Virus record (IMG/VR): IMGVR_UViG_3300032326_001134
Coordinates: 1 to 64,000 of that record
DNA: 64,000 nucleotides
DNA from: a virus
Direction: 5' to 3' (one strand)
This document shows, piece by piece, positions 56,172 to 64,000 of the stretch. The notes under the pieces were generated by a model, which saw only the letters and a list, made by a program, of their open reading frames with translations, made no database searches and was not told where the DNA came from. Numbering within the stretch: the stretch's first letter is position 1; each line of letters begins with the position of its first letter. The translations under genes were made by a program, and so were the position numbers.

Positions 56172-56825
56172 ATGAATTATAAAGAGTTATCACTAGGGGC
56201 AGTATATTATAAAAATATTATAGAAGACCCACAGAGTGTCATCAATAAAATAGAAGAACTAGAGCAAAAAAGAAACGAGTCAGAAGGATACAGGTCGGAG
56301 TTTGTAAAGCCATGGCAAGCATGGGACTATAATAACGGAAATAAAGAAAAAACTATTTTTTGCTGGCAAAAGTTTTTACCAAAGCCTGAAGACATAAAGG
56401 TGGATGACTTGTTCTATAAAGAGCAGTTTGAGATATCTTCAATTCTTTTTGATGGACTAGAAAAAGGACTTAAGCATTATTTTTCTTTATACCCATATGC
56501 AGAAAAAAATATTAAATCTAGAGAAAAAACAATGCATCTTTTAAAATATAAAGAAAGCGGTTTCCTACCAGCGCACTCAGATCATGGAATAAGTAGCAGG
56601 GTATTGTCTGCTCTTTTATATTTAAATGATGATTACGAAGGAGGGAACATAAGATTCCCTCACGCAGAAATAAACATTAAGCCAGAAGCTGGAAGTTTAT
56701 TATTTTTTCCTTCAAACTTTGTTTATGTACATGAAGTAGATGCAGTAACAAGTGGAACAAGATACTCTTTGCCTAACTGGTATCATAATAGAAAAAACGC
56801 ATATTACTCAGATGGAACAGAATAA
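56172..56825 (+). CDS. 2OG-Fe(II) oxygenase, prolyl-4-hydroxylase-like
   Basis: HSD...YLNDDYEGG...FPSN...HEV...GTRY. Confidence 0.88.
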   Translation: MNYKELSLGAVYYKNIIEDPQSVINKIEELEQKRNESEGYRSEFVKPWQAWDYNNGNKEKTIFCWQKFLPKPEDIKVDDLFYKEQFEISSILFDGLEKGLKHYFSLYPYAEKNIKSREKTMHLLKYKESGFLPAHSDHGISSRVLSALLYLNDDYEGGNIRFPHAEINIKPEAGSLLFFPSNFVYVHEVDAVTSGTRYSLPNWYHNRKNAYYSDGTE

Positions 56826-57523
56826 TGTTTATCGTTACAGGATCTAGTAGTGGAATAGGAAATGCAATTGTAAACAGGCTTTTAAAAAACGGACATTCTG
56901 TTTCAGGAATTTCAAGAAACATTCCAAAAAATGGTTCTGGATTTAAAACATATCAAGCAGACGTGTCTGATAAAAAATCAATTATAGAAATTGCAGAAGA
57001 CCTAAAATCACAAAACATAACAGTAAGTGGCTTAATAAATTGTGCTGGCTTATCACAAGATTTTTTTATTGCTGATTGGACAAAAATGCCAGCGGAAGAA
57101 ATTCAATCAATTTTTGGAACAAATATTATTGGAATAATAAACACATGCCAGTCATTTGTGCCATTAATGAATAGTAAGGTTCACACTCCAATTATAAACA
57201 TTAGCAGTCTCGCAGCTCATGCAAATTCAGATATTTCAGTCTATGCATCTAGTAAGTATGCTGTTAATGGATTTACTAGATCTTTATCTAGAGTTTTAAG
57301 AGAAACATCAATAAGGCCAAATTGTATAGCTCCAGGAATGATTAAAACAGAAATGACAAAGCACCTACCAGAAGAAATATTTAATAGAATTTTGTTTTTA
57401 TCTGGTCAAACCCTTAGCAGCAAAACATTTACGACAGAAGATATATGCGATGTGGTAGACATGTTAATTGATGAAAAATCAAACAGCTTAACTGGACAGA
57501 CATTCCACATAGGCGGATACTAA
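56825..57523 (+). CDS. Short-chain dehydrogenase/reductase (SDR)
   Basis: TGSSSGIG, NCAG, NISS, YASSK, PG. Confidence 0.92.
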   Translation: MFIVTGSSSGIGNAIVNRLLKNGHSVSGISRNIPKNGSGFKTYQADVSDKKSIIEIAEDLKSQNITVSGLINCAGLSQDFFIADWTKMPAEEIQSIFGTNIIGIINTCQSFVPLMNSKVHTPIINISSLAAHANSDISVYASSKYAVNGFTRSLSRVLRETSIRPNCIAPGMIKTEMTKHLPEEIFNRILFLSGQTLSSKTFTTEDICDVVDMLIDEKSNSLTGQTFHIGGY

Positions 57524-57547
57524 ACCGCTAAATGGTATAATTTTTAA

Positions 57548-59278
57548 ATGTCATACTATTATAAAGTGCTTAAGGATAGCCCGATTGGGTTTTGGAAGCT
57601 AGACGATAGCTCGACCACGGCAACAGATTATTCTGGTTGTCAAAACAATGGATCTTATTTTGGACCACAGGATAAAAAAAATCCAATTGTTAGCGGAAGC
57701 GACTATTCATTAAGAATAACATCTACGTCTAGCGTAACCTTTCCTTTAATTAAAAATTATTATGGACAAACAGCAAAGGGCGGATTTGCAAATATTAATG
57801 ACGGGGACAACGATTTTTCAATAGAGTGCTGGATATTCCCAAGAGTAGAAACAGACAGCCTTACTACAATTGTTGGAGATAAAGAAAACAATATAGGAAT
57901 TTTTTGGGATAACGGCAATATATATTTTGGGCTGGACACAGACTACCTAGAGTATTCAGTTCCAAATTTTAATAAATCTTTACATGTAGTTTGCACCTAC
58001 AGTGTAAATAAAGCATTTATATATGTAGACGGAGTTCTTTGTGTTAGCAAAACAATATCATCTAATCCATTTACAAACACAGAGATTTCCTTAAAATCTG
58101 GTCCAACGGAAAACTTATTAGATTCATTTTTGATTAATAACGTTGCCGTATACAGATACGGATTACCTGAAAAACAAATATACTCCCACTTTGCAGACAA
58201 CAATAAAGTCATGCCGATACAGATAGCATACCCAGAAAATGGAGAAATATTTTATATATATGACAATACAATGAGAAACTCTTTTTCATTTTCATATCCT
58301 AAAGACAAATCCTGGGAAGACTTTTTAAATCAAGATTTAAATTTAAATAGACTTGAAAACTACATAGAGATATCAAAAACAGACAGCCAGGAAACAAAAG
58401 AAGTTATTTTAAACGATATAATTTCTATGCCATCTGGTATCACAATGGATTCTTCAAAAATATTTTGGAGCGGAGAAAATGGAATTAGGGTGTATACCAG
58501 TTTAGATGATATAGACTATCTAGAATGTAAAAATGGAGAGCCAATACCTCAATACAAGTACTCAGAATTTGATGACCAAAAATTCTTTTACATAAGAATT
58601 GTAATGGCCTCTGAAGACTCATCAAAATATTTGCCCAAGCTGTACAGCCTAGAAGTTAATTTCTATAATGCTCAGATATTATATTCTAAAAATGGTGGAT
58701 CATATATATCAAAAATTGAAAATTTAGATGCAAGCTTTGGCGAAGATGCGTATCCTATTTTAAGCAATAATGGTTTAAATGGAATACTAGTCGATTCTGA
58801 TTCTGGGTTCAATCTAAATACATCAAAATCTATATCAACATTAGAATTTTTTTATACACCAAATACAATTTCTAGCGGAACCATGCTTTCAGCCGACAGC
58901 ACAGAAATTAGCTGGTCAAACAATGGCAGTATAAATAAAAATAACATATCCAGCCTTTATGTAAATGGGATTAATAAGACATCTGAAACACAGGTATCTA
59001 ATATCTTTAAGCCAAAGGACCTACACCATGTAGTCGTAACCCTTACGTCTCCTGTAACCGAAGAAATTATTTTTAATTATAAACAGGCGGGATCTGAAAA
59101 AGCCCTATACCAGTATATAACAATATATGAGTATGAGATGGATGTAAATATAATTCAAAACCATTATGATCTATATATGGAGAAATCAAAATATCAGTCC
59201 AGCGGATCGACACTCAAGGTGTCAGAAAACAACGTAAGCTTATATAATAATGACTGGATAGTGCTCCAAAACTCATAA
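57548..59278 (+). CDS. LamG/ConA-like domain virion protein
   Basis: P.GFWKLD, FSIECWI, HVV.TY, YVDG, VAVY. Confidence 0.75.
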   Translation: MSYYYKVLKDSPIGFWKLDDSSTTATDYSGCQNNGSYFGPQDKKNPIVSGSDYSLRITSTSSVTFPLIKNYYGQTAKGGFANINDGDNDFSIECWIFPRVETDSLTTIVGDKENNIGIFWDNGNIYFGLDTDYLEYSVPNFNKSLHVVCTYSVNKAFIYVDGVLCVSKTISSNPFTNTEISLKSGPTENLLDSFLINNVAVYRYGLPEKQIYSHFADNNKVMPIQIAYPENGEIFYIYDNTMRNSFSFSYPKDKSWEDFLNQDLNLNRLENYIEISKTDSQETKEVILNDIISMPSGITMDSSKIFWSGENGIRVYTSLDDIDYLECKNGEPIPQYKYSEFDDQKFFYIRIVMASEDSSKYLPKLYSLEVNFYNAQILYSKNGGSYISKIENLDASFGEDAYPILSNNGLNGILVDSDSGFNLNTSKSISTLEFFYTPNTISSGTMLSADSTEISWSNNGSINKNNISSLYVNGINKTSETQVSNIFKPKDLHHVVVTLTSPVTEEIIFNYKQAGSEKALYQYITIYEYEMDVNIIQNHYDLYMEKSKYQSSGSTLKVSENNVSLYNNDWIVLQNS

Positions 59279-59341
59279 ATATGAACATTGTCCTGACAAA
59301 ATATGGACATTAACTAAAAAGAATGGTAAAATTGATACACA

Positions 59342-59677
59342 ATGGACATTAAAAGAATAAATCAATCAGTTATTGAAGAGACCACCCTTGGTATATATGT
59401 TTGGGAAATGCCAGATGGAAGATGGATTGGCGACGACGATGGAAACTTTTTATCTATTACTGCAAAAAAGGGAAACAGATCAAAGATAGCTCTTTTGGCG
59501 GACGCAGTCAGAGCACACGGCATATACGAAGGCCAGCCAAAGTTTTTATCAGGACGTAGAAAAATTGATGACGAAGAGTTTCAGCATCAAAAGCAAAGAT
59601 TAGAATGGGGCCTAACACCAGACCCACTGGATATCGGAGTTTATAAAGACTCTTTGAAAAATGGAGGTATGCGATAA
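59342..59677 (+). CDS. Conserved phage protein upstream of portal
   Basis: G.YVW.MPDG.W..D.DGN.L; clean ORF. Confidence 0.7.
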   Translation: MDIKRINQSVIEETTLGIYVWEMPDGRWIGDDDGNFLSITAKKGNRSKIALLADAVRAHGIYEGQPKFLSGRRKIDDEEFQHQKQRLEWGLTPDPLDIGVYKDSLKNGGMR

Positions 59678-61261
59678 ATGGAATTCATTAATGATGACGA
59701 AGTCAGCGCAGAAACTATTGACATATCAAACTCAGCAGATTGGTTTAAGTTTAATAATAAAGAAGTGGTTGTAGACACAGACCCATTTAACATAGAGGCT
59801 CAAGAGCTAAAAAAGGTGAACGGACTTAGTACAACATTCCGTAGAAAAGTTTCAAGAGATATCCAGAAGAGACTTGTGGGTCAAGAAGGAACAGGAACTC
59901 AGCAAAATTTATTGCAGCAAGCAGTCACTGGCTACGCAATGTTCGACCTTGTTCAGCCAGTTTATAATTTAGAATATTTATCAAAGATCTATGAAATATC
60001 CCCATACAACTACGCAGCAATTAATGCAAAGGTTGCCAACATAGTTGGGCTGGGATATTCTTTTGTAGAGACAAAAAAAGCAAACGATGCTTTAGATAGC
60101 ATAACTGACCCTAAGCAGTTAGAACGTGCTCGTAAAAAACTAAATAAGCTAAGACAAGATTTAGACAATTGGCTTGAGGAAACAAACGAAGAAGAAACTT
60201 TTACAGAAACATTAATCAAAGCATATACAGATTTAGAGGCAACTGGAAATGCCTATATTGAAATAGGAAGAACGGTTGCTGGAAACATTGGATACATAGG
60301 TCATATTCCATCTAAGACAATGCGTGTTCGTAGACTACGTGACGGATTTATTCAATTGCTATATGGCAAGGCTGTTTTCTTTAGAAACTTTGGAGATCAA
60401 GAAACACTAAATCCAATAGATGGTGGCCTAGAAAGACCAAATGAAATTATTCATTTAAAGAAGTATACTCCAATGAATAACTATTATGGAATACCAGACA
60501 TAATTGCAGCACAAACGGCAATGGCTGGAAATGAATTTTCTGGAAAATATAACCTAGATTACTTTGAAAATAAAGCAGTTCCAAGATATATAATTACAGT
60601 TAAAGGCGCAAAGCTATCACCAGAGTCAGAAAGAAAACTTCTTGAGTTTTTCCAAGTTGGTTTAAAGGGTAAAAATCACAGATCCCTATACGTCCCGCTA
60701 CCAGCCGATACATCAGACTCTAAAGTTGAATTTAAAATGGAGCCAATTGAAGCTGGAAGTCAAGAAGGCTCATTTGAAAAATATCGCAAATCAAATAGAG
60801 ATGAAATACTATTGGCACACAGAGTTCCAATTAATAAAATTGGAGTTCCAGAAGGAGTAAGCCTAGCATCTGCTAGAGATGCAGATAAAACATTTAAAGA
60901 GCAGGTGTGCGGTCCCGCCCAAGATATTTTAGAGAAAAAAATCAATAGAATTATATCAGAAAAAACAGATGCTCTAGTTCTTGAGTTTAATGAGTTGACT
61001 TTGACTGACGAAGACACGCAGTCTAAAATTGACGAAAGATATTTAAGAATGCAGGTAATTACTCCTAATGAAGTAAGAATTAGAAAAGGAATGATTCCTA
61101 TGGATGGTGGAGACGAAGTGGTTGATTTACAAGCACAGGCAGCAGAAATTAAAGCCCAAGCCTTAAATACTAGAAATAGAACCCAAGAAAGATCTGCAAA
61201 TTCACCAGATAGTTCTGGGGAGGCCAGAAATCCAAAAGGTGAAGGTAGAGTCACTGCTTAA
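59678..61261 (+). CDS. Portal protein
   Basis: TGNAYIE, EIIH.K, YYGIP, YF.N.A.P, I..AHRVP, TPNEVR. Confidence 0.9.
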   Translation: MEFINDDEVSAETIDISNSADWFKFNNKEVVVDTDPFNIEAQELKKVNGLSTTFRRKVSRDIQKRLVGQEGTGTQQNLLQQAVTGYAMFDLVQPVYNLEYLSKIYEISPYNYAAINAKVANIVGLGYSFVETKKANDALDSITDPKQLERARKKLNKLRQDLDNWLEETNEEETFTETLIKAYTDLEATGNAYIEIGRTVAGNIGYIGHIPSKTMRVRRLRDGFIQLLYGKAVFFRNFGDQETLNPIDGGLERPNEIIHLKKYTPMNNYYGIPDIIAAQTAMAGNEFSGKYNLDYFENKAVPRYIITVKGAKLSPESERKLLEFFQVGLKGKNHRSLYVPLPADTSDSKVEFKMEPIEAGSQEGSFEKYRKSNRDEILLAHRVPINKIGVPEGVSLASARDADKTFKEQVCGPAQDILEKKINRIISEKTDALVLEFNELTLTDEDTQSKIDERYLRMQVITPNEVRIRKGMIPMDGGDEVVDLQAQAAEIKAQALNTRNRTQERSANSPDSSGEARNPKGEGRVTA

Positions 61262-61316
61262 TTATTAGGCAACCAGTTATTTGCCTTATATACAATACCG
61301 TTATAAAATTAGGCAT

Positions 61317-62627
61317 ATGAATATTGAAAAATCACACTGGTCTGCTAACGGCGAAGATATCAGCCTGTCTGTTCCTTTTACAAAAGTTAATCGTGAAAAA
61401 AGAACTGTATCTGGTTTTGCAACATTAGACAACCTAGATCAAACAGGAGACGTAGTAACAGCAGAAGCAAGTCTTGGAGCATTTGAAAATTTCCGTGGAA
61501 ACATTCGTGAAATGCATGGATCAAATGCAGTTGGCAAAATGGTTTCATTTAGACCAGAAACATATTATGATGCAAAAAGCGGAGAATTCTACAATGGAGT
61601 TTATGTAGATGCATACATATCAAAGGGATCACAAGATACCTGGGAAAAAGTTTTAGACGGAACACTAACTGGATTTTCAATTGGCGGAAAAATTATTGAT
61701 TCAGAAAATGAAGTAAACAAGTCCACAGGACAACCAGTTCGCTTTATTAAACAATACGCACTTATGGAATTGTCAGTCGTTGATTCACCAGCGAATGAAC
61801 TTTGCAATATTTTGTCTATTCAAAAAATGAATGGTCAATTAATGTTTAAAGGAATAGCTGCAGAAACAGTAACAGAGAATATTTTTTACTGTGAAGAAAG
61901 CGACTCTGTTTTTATGTCAACAGAGCAATCTTACGACTCACCAGCAACTGGTAAACCAGCGGTTTTAATTGGTTGGGTAGAAAGTAAAGATATAAACAAA
62001 GCGAAAGAAATAGAAAAGATTCTTGCTTCATTTAAGAAGTCAAGATTTACGTTGCCTGAAATACAAACAATTGCAAAACAGGCAAACGCAGAAGGAGGTA
62101 ATGAAGTGTCAGAAAACACAGAAACAGTAGCAGTCGAAGAGACTGCTCCAGTAGAAGTTTCAGCCCCTGCAGAAGATGTAGTGGTTGAAGAGACTGTTAC
62201 AGAAGATGTAGTAGCAGATGCTTCTGCCGAAACCGTTGAAAAAGCATCAGACGTCTCAGAGGTCGTTGTTGATGAACCTGATTTTGCAAAAATGTTAGGT
62301 GACTTAAAGGGCTTTTTCTCAGATACTCTAAGCAAGGCTTCAGAAGCAAATGCTGCACAGGTTTCAACTATTAAAGAAACAGTTGAATCTTTTAGCAAGA
62401 GCGTTGAAACTCAAATCTCAGAGTTGGCAGACAAACATACAGAACTCAGCAAAACTGTTGAGAGCATCAAGAACACGATTGATACTGTAGAAAAGCGTGT
62501 CGACGCAGTAGAATCAGAGACTGCAATCAAGAAGTCCTCAGACCTTGGCGGGTCACAGGATGTAGTAGTACAAAAATCAAAATGGAACGGTTCTTTCCTC
62601 GGTTCCGTAAACGAACTATTTAAGTAA
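61317..62627 (+). CDS. Prohead protease fused to scaffold domain
   Basis: R.VSGFA, EMH, GFSIGG, ELS.VD.PAN; acidic coiled-coil C-terminus. Confidence 0.88.
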   Translation: MNIEKSHWSANGEDISLSVPFTKVNREKRTVSGFATLDNLDQTGDVVTAEASLGAFENFRGNIREMHGSNAVGKMVSFRPETYYDAKSGEFYNGVYVDAYISKGSQDTWEKVLDGTLTGFSIGGKIIDSENEVNKSTGQPVRFIKQYALMELSVVDSPANELCNILSIQKMNGQLMFKGIAAETVTENIFYCEESDSVFMSTEQSYDSPATGKPAVLIGWVESKDINKAKEIEKILASFKKSRFTLPEIQTIAKQANAEGGNEVSENTETVAVEETAPVEVSAPAEDVVVEETVTEDVVADASAETVEKASDVSEVVVDEPDFAKMLGDLKGFFSDTLSKASEANAAQVSTIKETVESFSKSVETQISELADKHTELSKTVESIKNTIDTVEKRVDAVESETAIKKSSDLGGSQDVVVQKSKWNGSFLGSVNELFK

Positions 62628-62647
62628 AGGGTAGGTGAAATAATATA

Positions 62648-63700
62648 ATGAGCAATGAATTATTAGAAAAAGCCGTAGCTGCTGATACAACAGTTACAGG
62701 TACATTTGCTTCAAACACTGGAGGAACAGGAATTCACCGTGCATCAGAAGATGGCAACGGAGGATTACTTAATCCAGAACAATCAGCCCGATTCCTAGAC
62801 TACATGTTCGACGCTACCGTAATTGGTAAGGTCGCACGTACAGTCCGAATGAAGTCGGATACAACTGAAATTGATCGCATGGGCGTAGGCGAAAAGCTTA
62901 TGAAGCTTGCGACAGAAGGAGATAACACTAACAGCGCAAACGCTGCAGTGACATTCTCAAAGATTTCTTTGACAACAAAGAAGTTACGTCTAGATTGGGA
63001 ACTATCAACAGAGTCTCTAGAAGACAATATTGAGGGTGCAGACCTAGAAGACCACATTGCCCGCTTGATGGCAACACAAGCAGGTAACGACATTGAAGAT
63101 GTAGTCCTAAACGGAAATACATCACTATCATCAGATCAGCTTTACAAGGCATTTGATGGTGTAGTAAAGAAGGCTAAGGCAGACGCTCACGTAGTTGATG
63201 CTGGTGGTGCAAACATTTCTCGTGCTGTATTTAACAGCGCATTGAAGGCACTTCCACGTAAGTACAAGCAACGCCGTACAGACCTTCGCTTCCTAGCAGG
63301 ATCAAACCTGATTCAGGATTACTTATACTCAACATCACAAAACATCCAGAACGTCAACCCACAAGATATTGCTTCAGGCATTATCCGTGGAGAGGTTGCA
63401 CCTGTTTCAGGTCCAGCAGGATACGTTGCGCCATACGCATTCGGTATTCCAATCGTTGAAGTTCCTCTACTTTCAGAGACACAGGATGGCTCATACTCAG
63501 CAGCATCAGGATCACACGGTGACGTGCACTTGACATTCCCAAATAACGTAGTTATTGGTATCAAGCGTGACGTAACAGTGTACCGATTCTTCTGGCCAAA
63601 GAAGGACTCAATCGAGTACACAATGTATACTCGTGTTGGCGTTCAAATTGAGCAGGCAGACGCTTGGGTAGTTGTAAAGAACGTTAAGGTTGCTTCTTAA
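62648..63700 (+). CDS. Major capsid protein (HK97 fold)
   Basis: Follows the protease; GGLL.PEQ..RF, LEDNIEG, GIP..EVP. Confidence 0.9.
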   Translation: MSNELLEKAVAADTTVTGTFASNTGGTGIHRASEDGNGGLLNPEQSARFLDYMFDATVIGKVARTVRMKSDTTEIDRMGVGEKLMKLATEGDNTNSANAAVTFSKISLTTKKLRLDWELSTESLEDNIEGADLEDHIARLMATQAGNDIEDVVLNGNTSLSSDQLYKAFDGVVKKAKADAHVVDAGGANISRAVFNSALKALPRKYKQRRTDLRFLAGSNLIQDYLYSTSQNIQNVNPQDIASGIIRGEVAPVSGPAGYVAPYAFGIPIVEVPLLSETQDGSYSAASGSHGDVHLTFPNNVVIGIKRDVTVYRFFWPKKDSIEYTMYTRVGVQIEQADAWVVVKNVKVAS

Positions 63701-63717
63701 TAAGAATTAACCAATTA

Positions 63718-63746
63718 AAGGCCCCCAATTAATTTTGGGGGCTTTT
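63718..63746 (+). terminator. Intrinsic terminator after the capsid gene
   Basis: aaggcccccaa...ttgggggctttt. Confidence 0.8.
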
Positions 63747-63797
63747 CATTTGAATTTAGTAATGCTATAATTAAACAACCTAGACTAAGGAGAATAC

Positions 63798-64000
63798 ATG
63801 TCATTCGAGACATTAAAATTAGCTGAAATTAAAAAGATCGCCGAAGACTTTGGCGTAGATATAGACAGCCTTAAAAGCAAGACAGATATAATCGCAGCAT
63901 TGTCTGAAGAGGGAGTAAGTTGGTCAGTTTACTCTAAGACAATAAAGGATGTAGATGACGCAAAAGAAGAAATTGAAGTTTTGCCAAAATTCGATCCTAA
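63798..64000 (+). CDS. 3'-truncated protein with HeH/Rho-N-like N-terminus
   Basis: TGCTATAAT, AAGGAG RBS; MSFETLKLAEIKKIAEDFGV...K.DII. Confidence 0.65.
   Translation, partial: MSFETLKLAEIKKIAEDFGVDIDSLKSKTDIIAALSEEGVSWSVYSKTIKDVDDAKEEIEVLPKFDP

Noticed and set aside
1-64000. Alternative genetic code, or prophage/host junction
   Set aside because: Long conserved genes are intact under the standard code; no integrase, att site or run of host housekeeping genes was seen.

Overview
This 64 kb window is an internal part of a large, low-GC dsDNA tailed phage genome. The host is most likely an actinobacterium, possibly a low-GC freshwater lineage; this is inferred from WhiB, an Lsr2-like RGR domain and a PASTA domain. 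From left to right: (1) the end of a PPAEE-repeat protein and a lysis cassette (lipoprotein, holin-like protein, CHAP endolysin). (2) A + strand accessory region, 2.5-17.3 kb: 2OG-Fe(II) oxygenases, WhiB, Ntn protease, subtilase, methyltransferase, thioredoxin, a secreted Ala/Thr/Val-rich protein, an APS-kinase/nucleotidyltransferase fusion, a catalase-like protein and an AdoMetDC-like protein. (3) A ~10.5 kb minus-strand island of small genes, 18.5-29 kb, carrying 11 copies of an unusual promoter-like motif (TGTCRG-N10-TANNNT), 8 of them with helically phased CRP-like boxes upstream. It looks like an early/host-takeover region and possibly a terminal repeat. (4) Three tRNAs (Asp, Arg, Asn), sulfotransferase-like genes, a cytochrome P450, a glycosyltransferase and a class II ribonucleotide reductase. 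(5) Tail-fibre genes, a LamG protein, portal, prohead protease/scaffold and major capsid protein. The best candidate for an undescribed system is at 45.2-57.5 kb. Two tandem modules each pair a tail fibre ending in a shared C-terminal domain with a partner protein built as [PASTA or 2xFN3]-[F(G/S)FTP]n-[Hint domain]. Ten tightly coupled genes follow, including prolyl-hydroxylase-like 2OG oxygenases, a GT60/Skp1-GlcNAc-transferase-like protein and an SDR. This suggests self-cleaving, enzymatically decorated peptide repeats on the virion, or a RiPP-like product. All family calls are from motif recognition by eye; no database searches were run.
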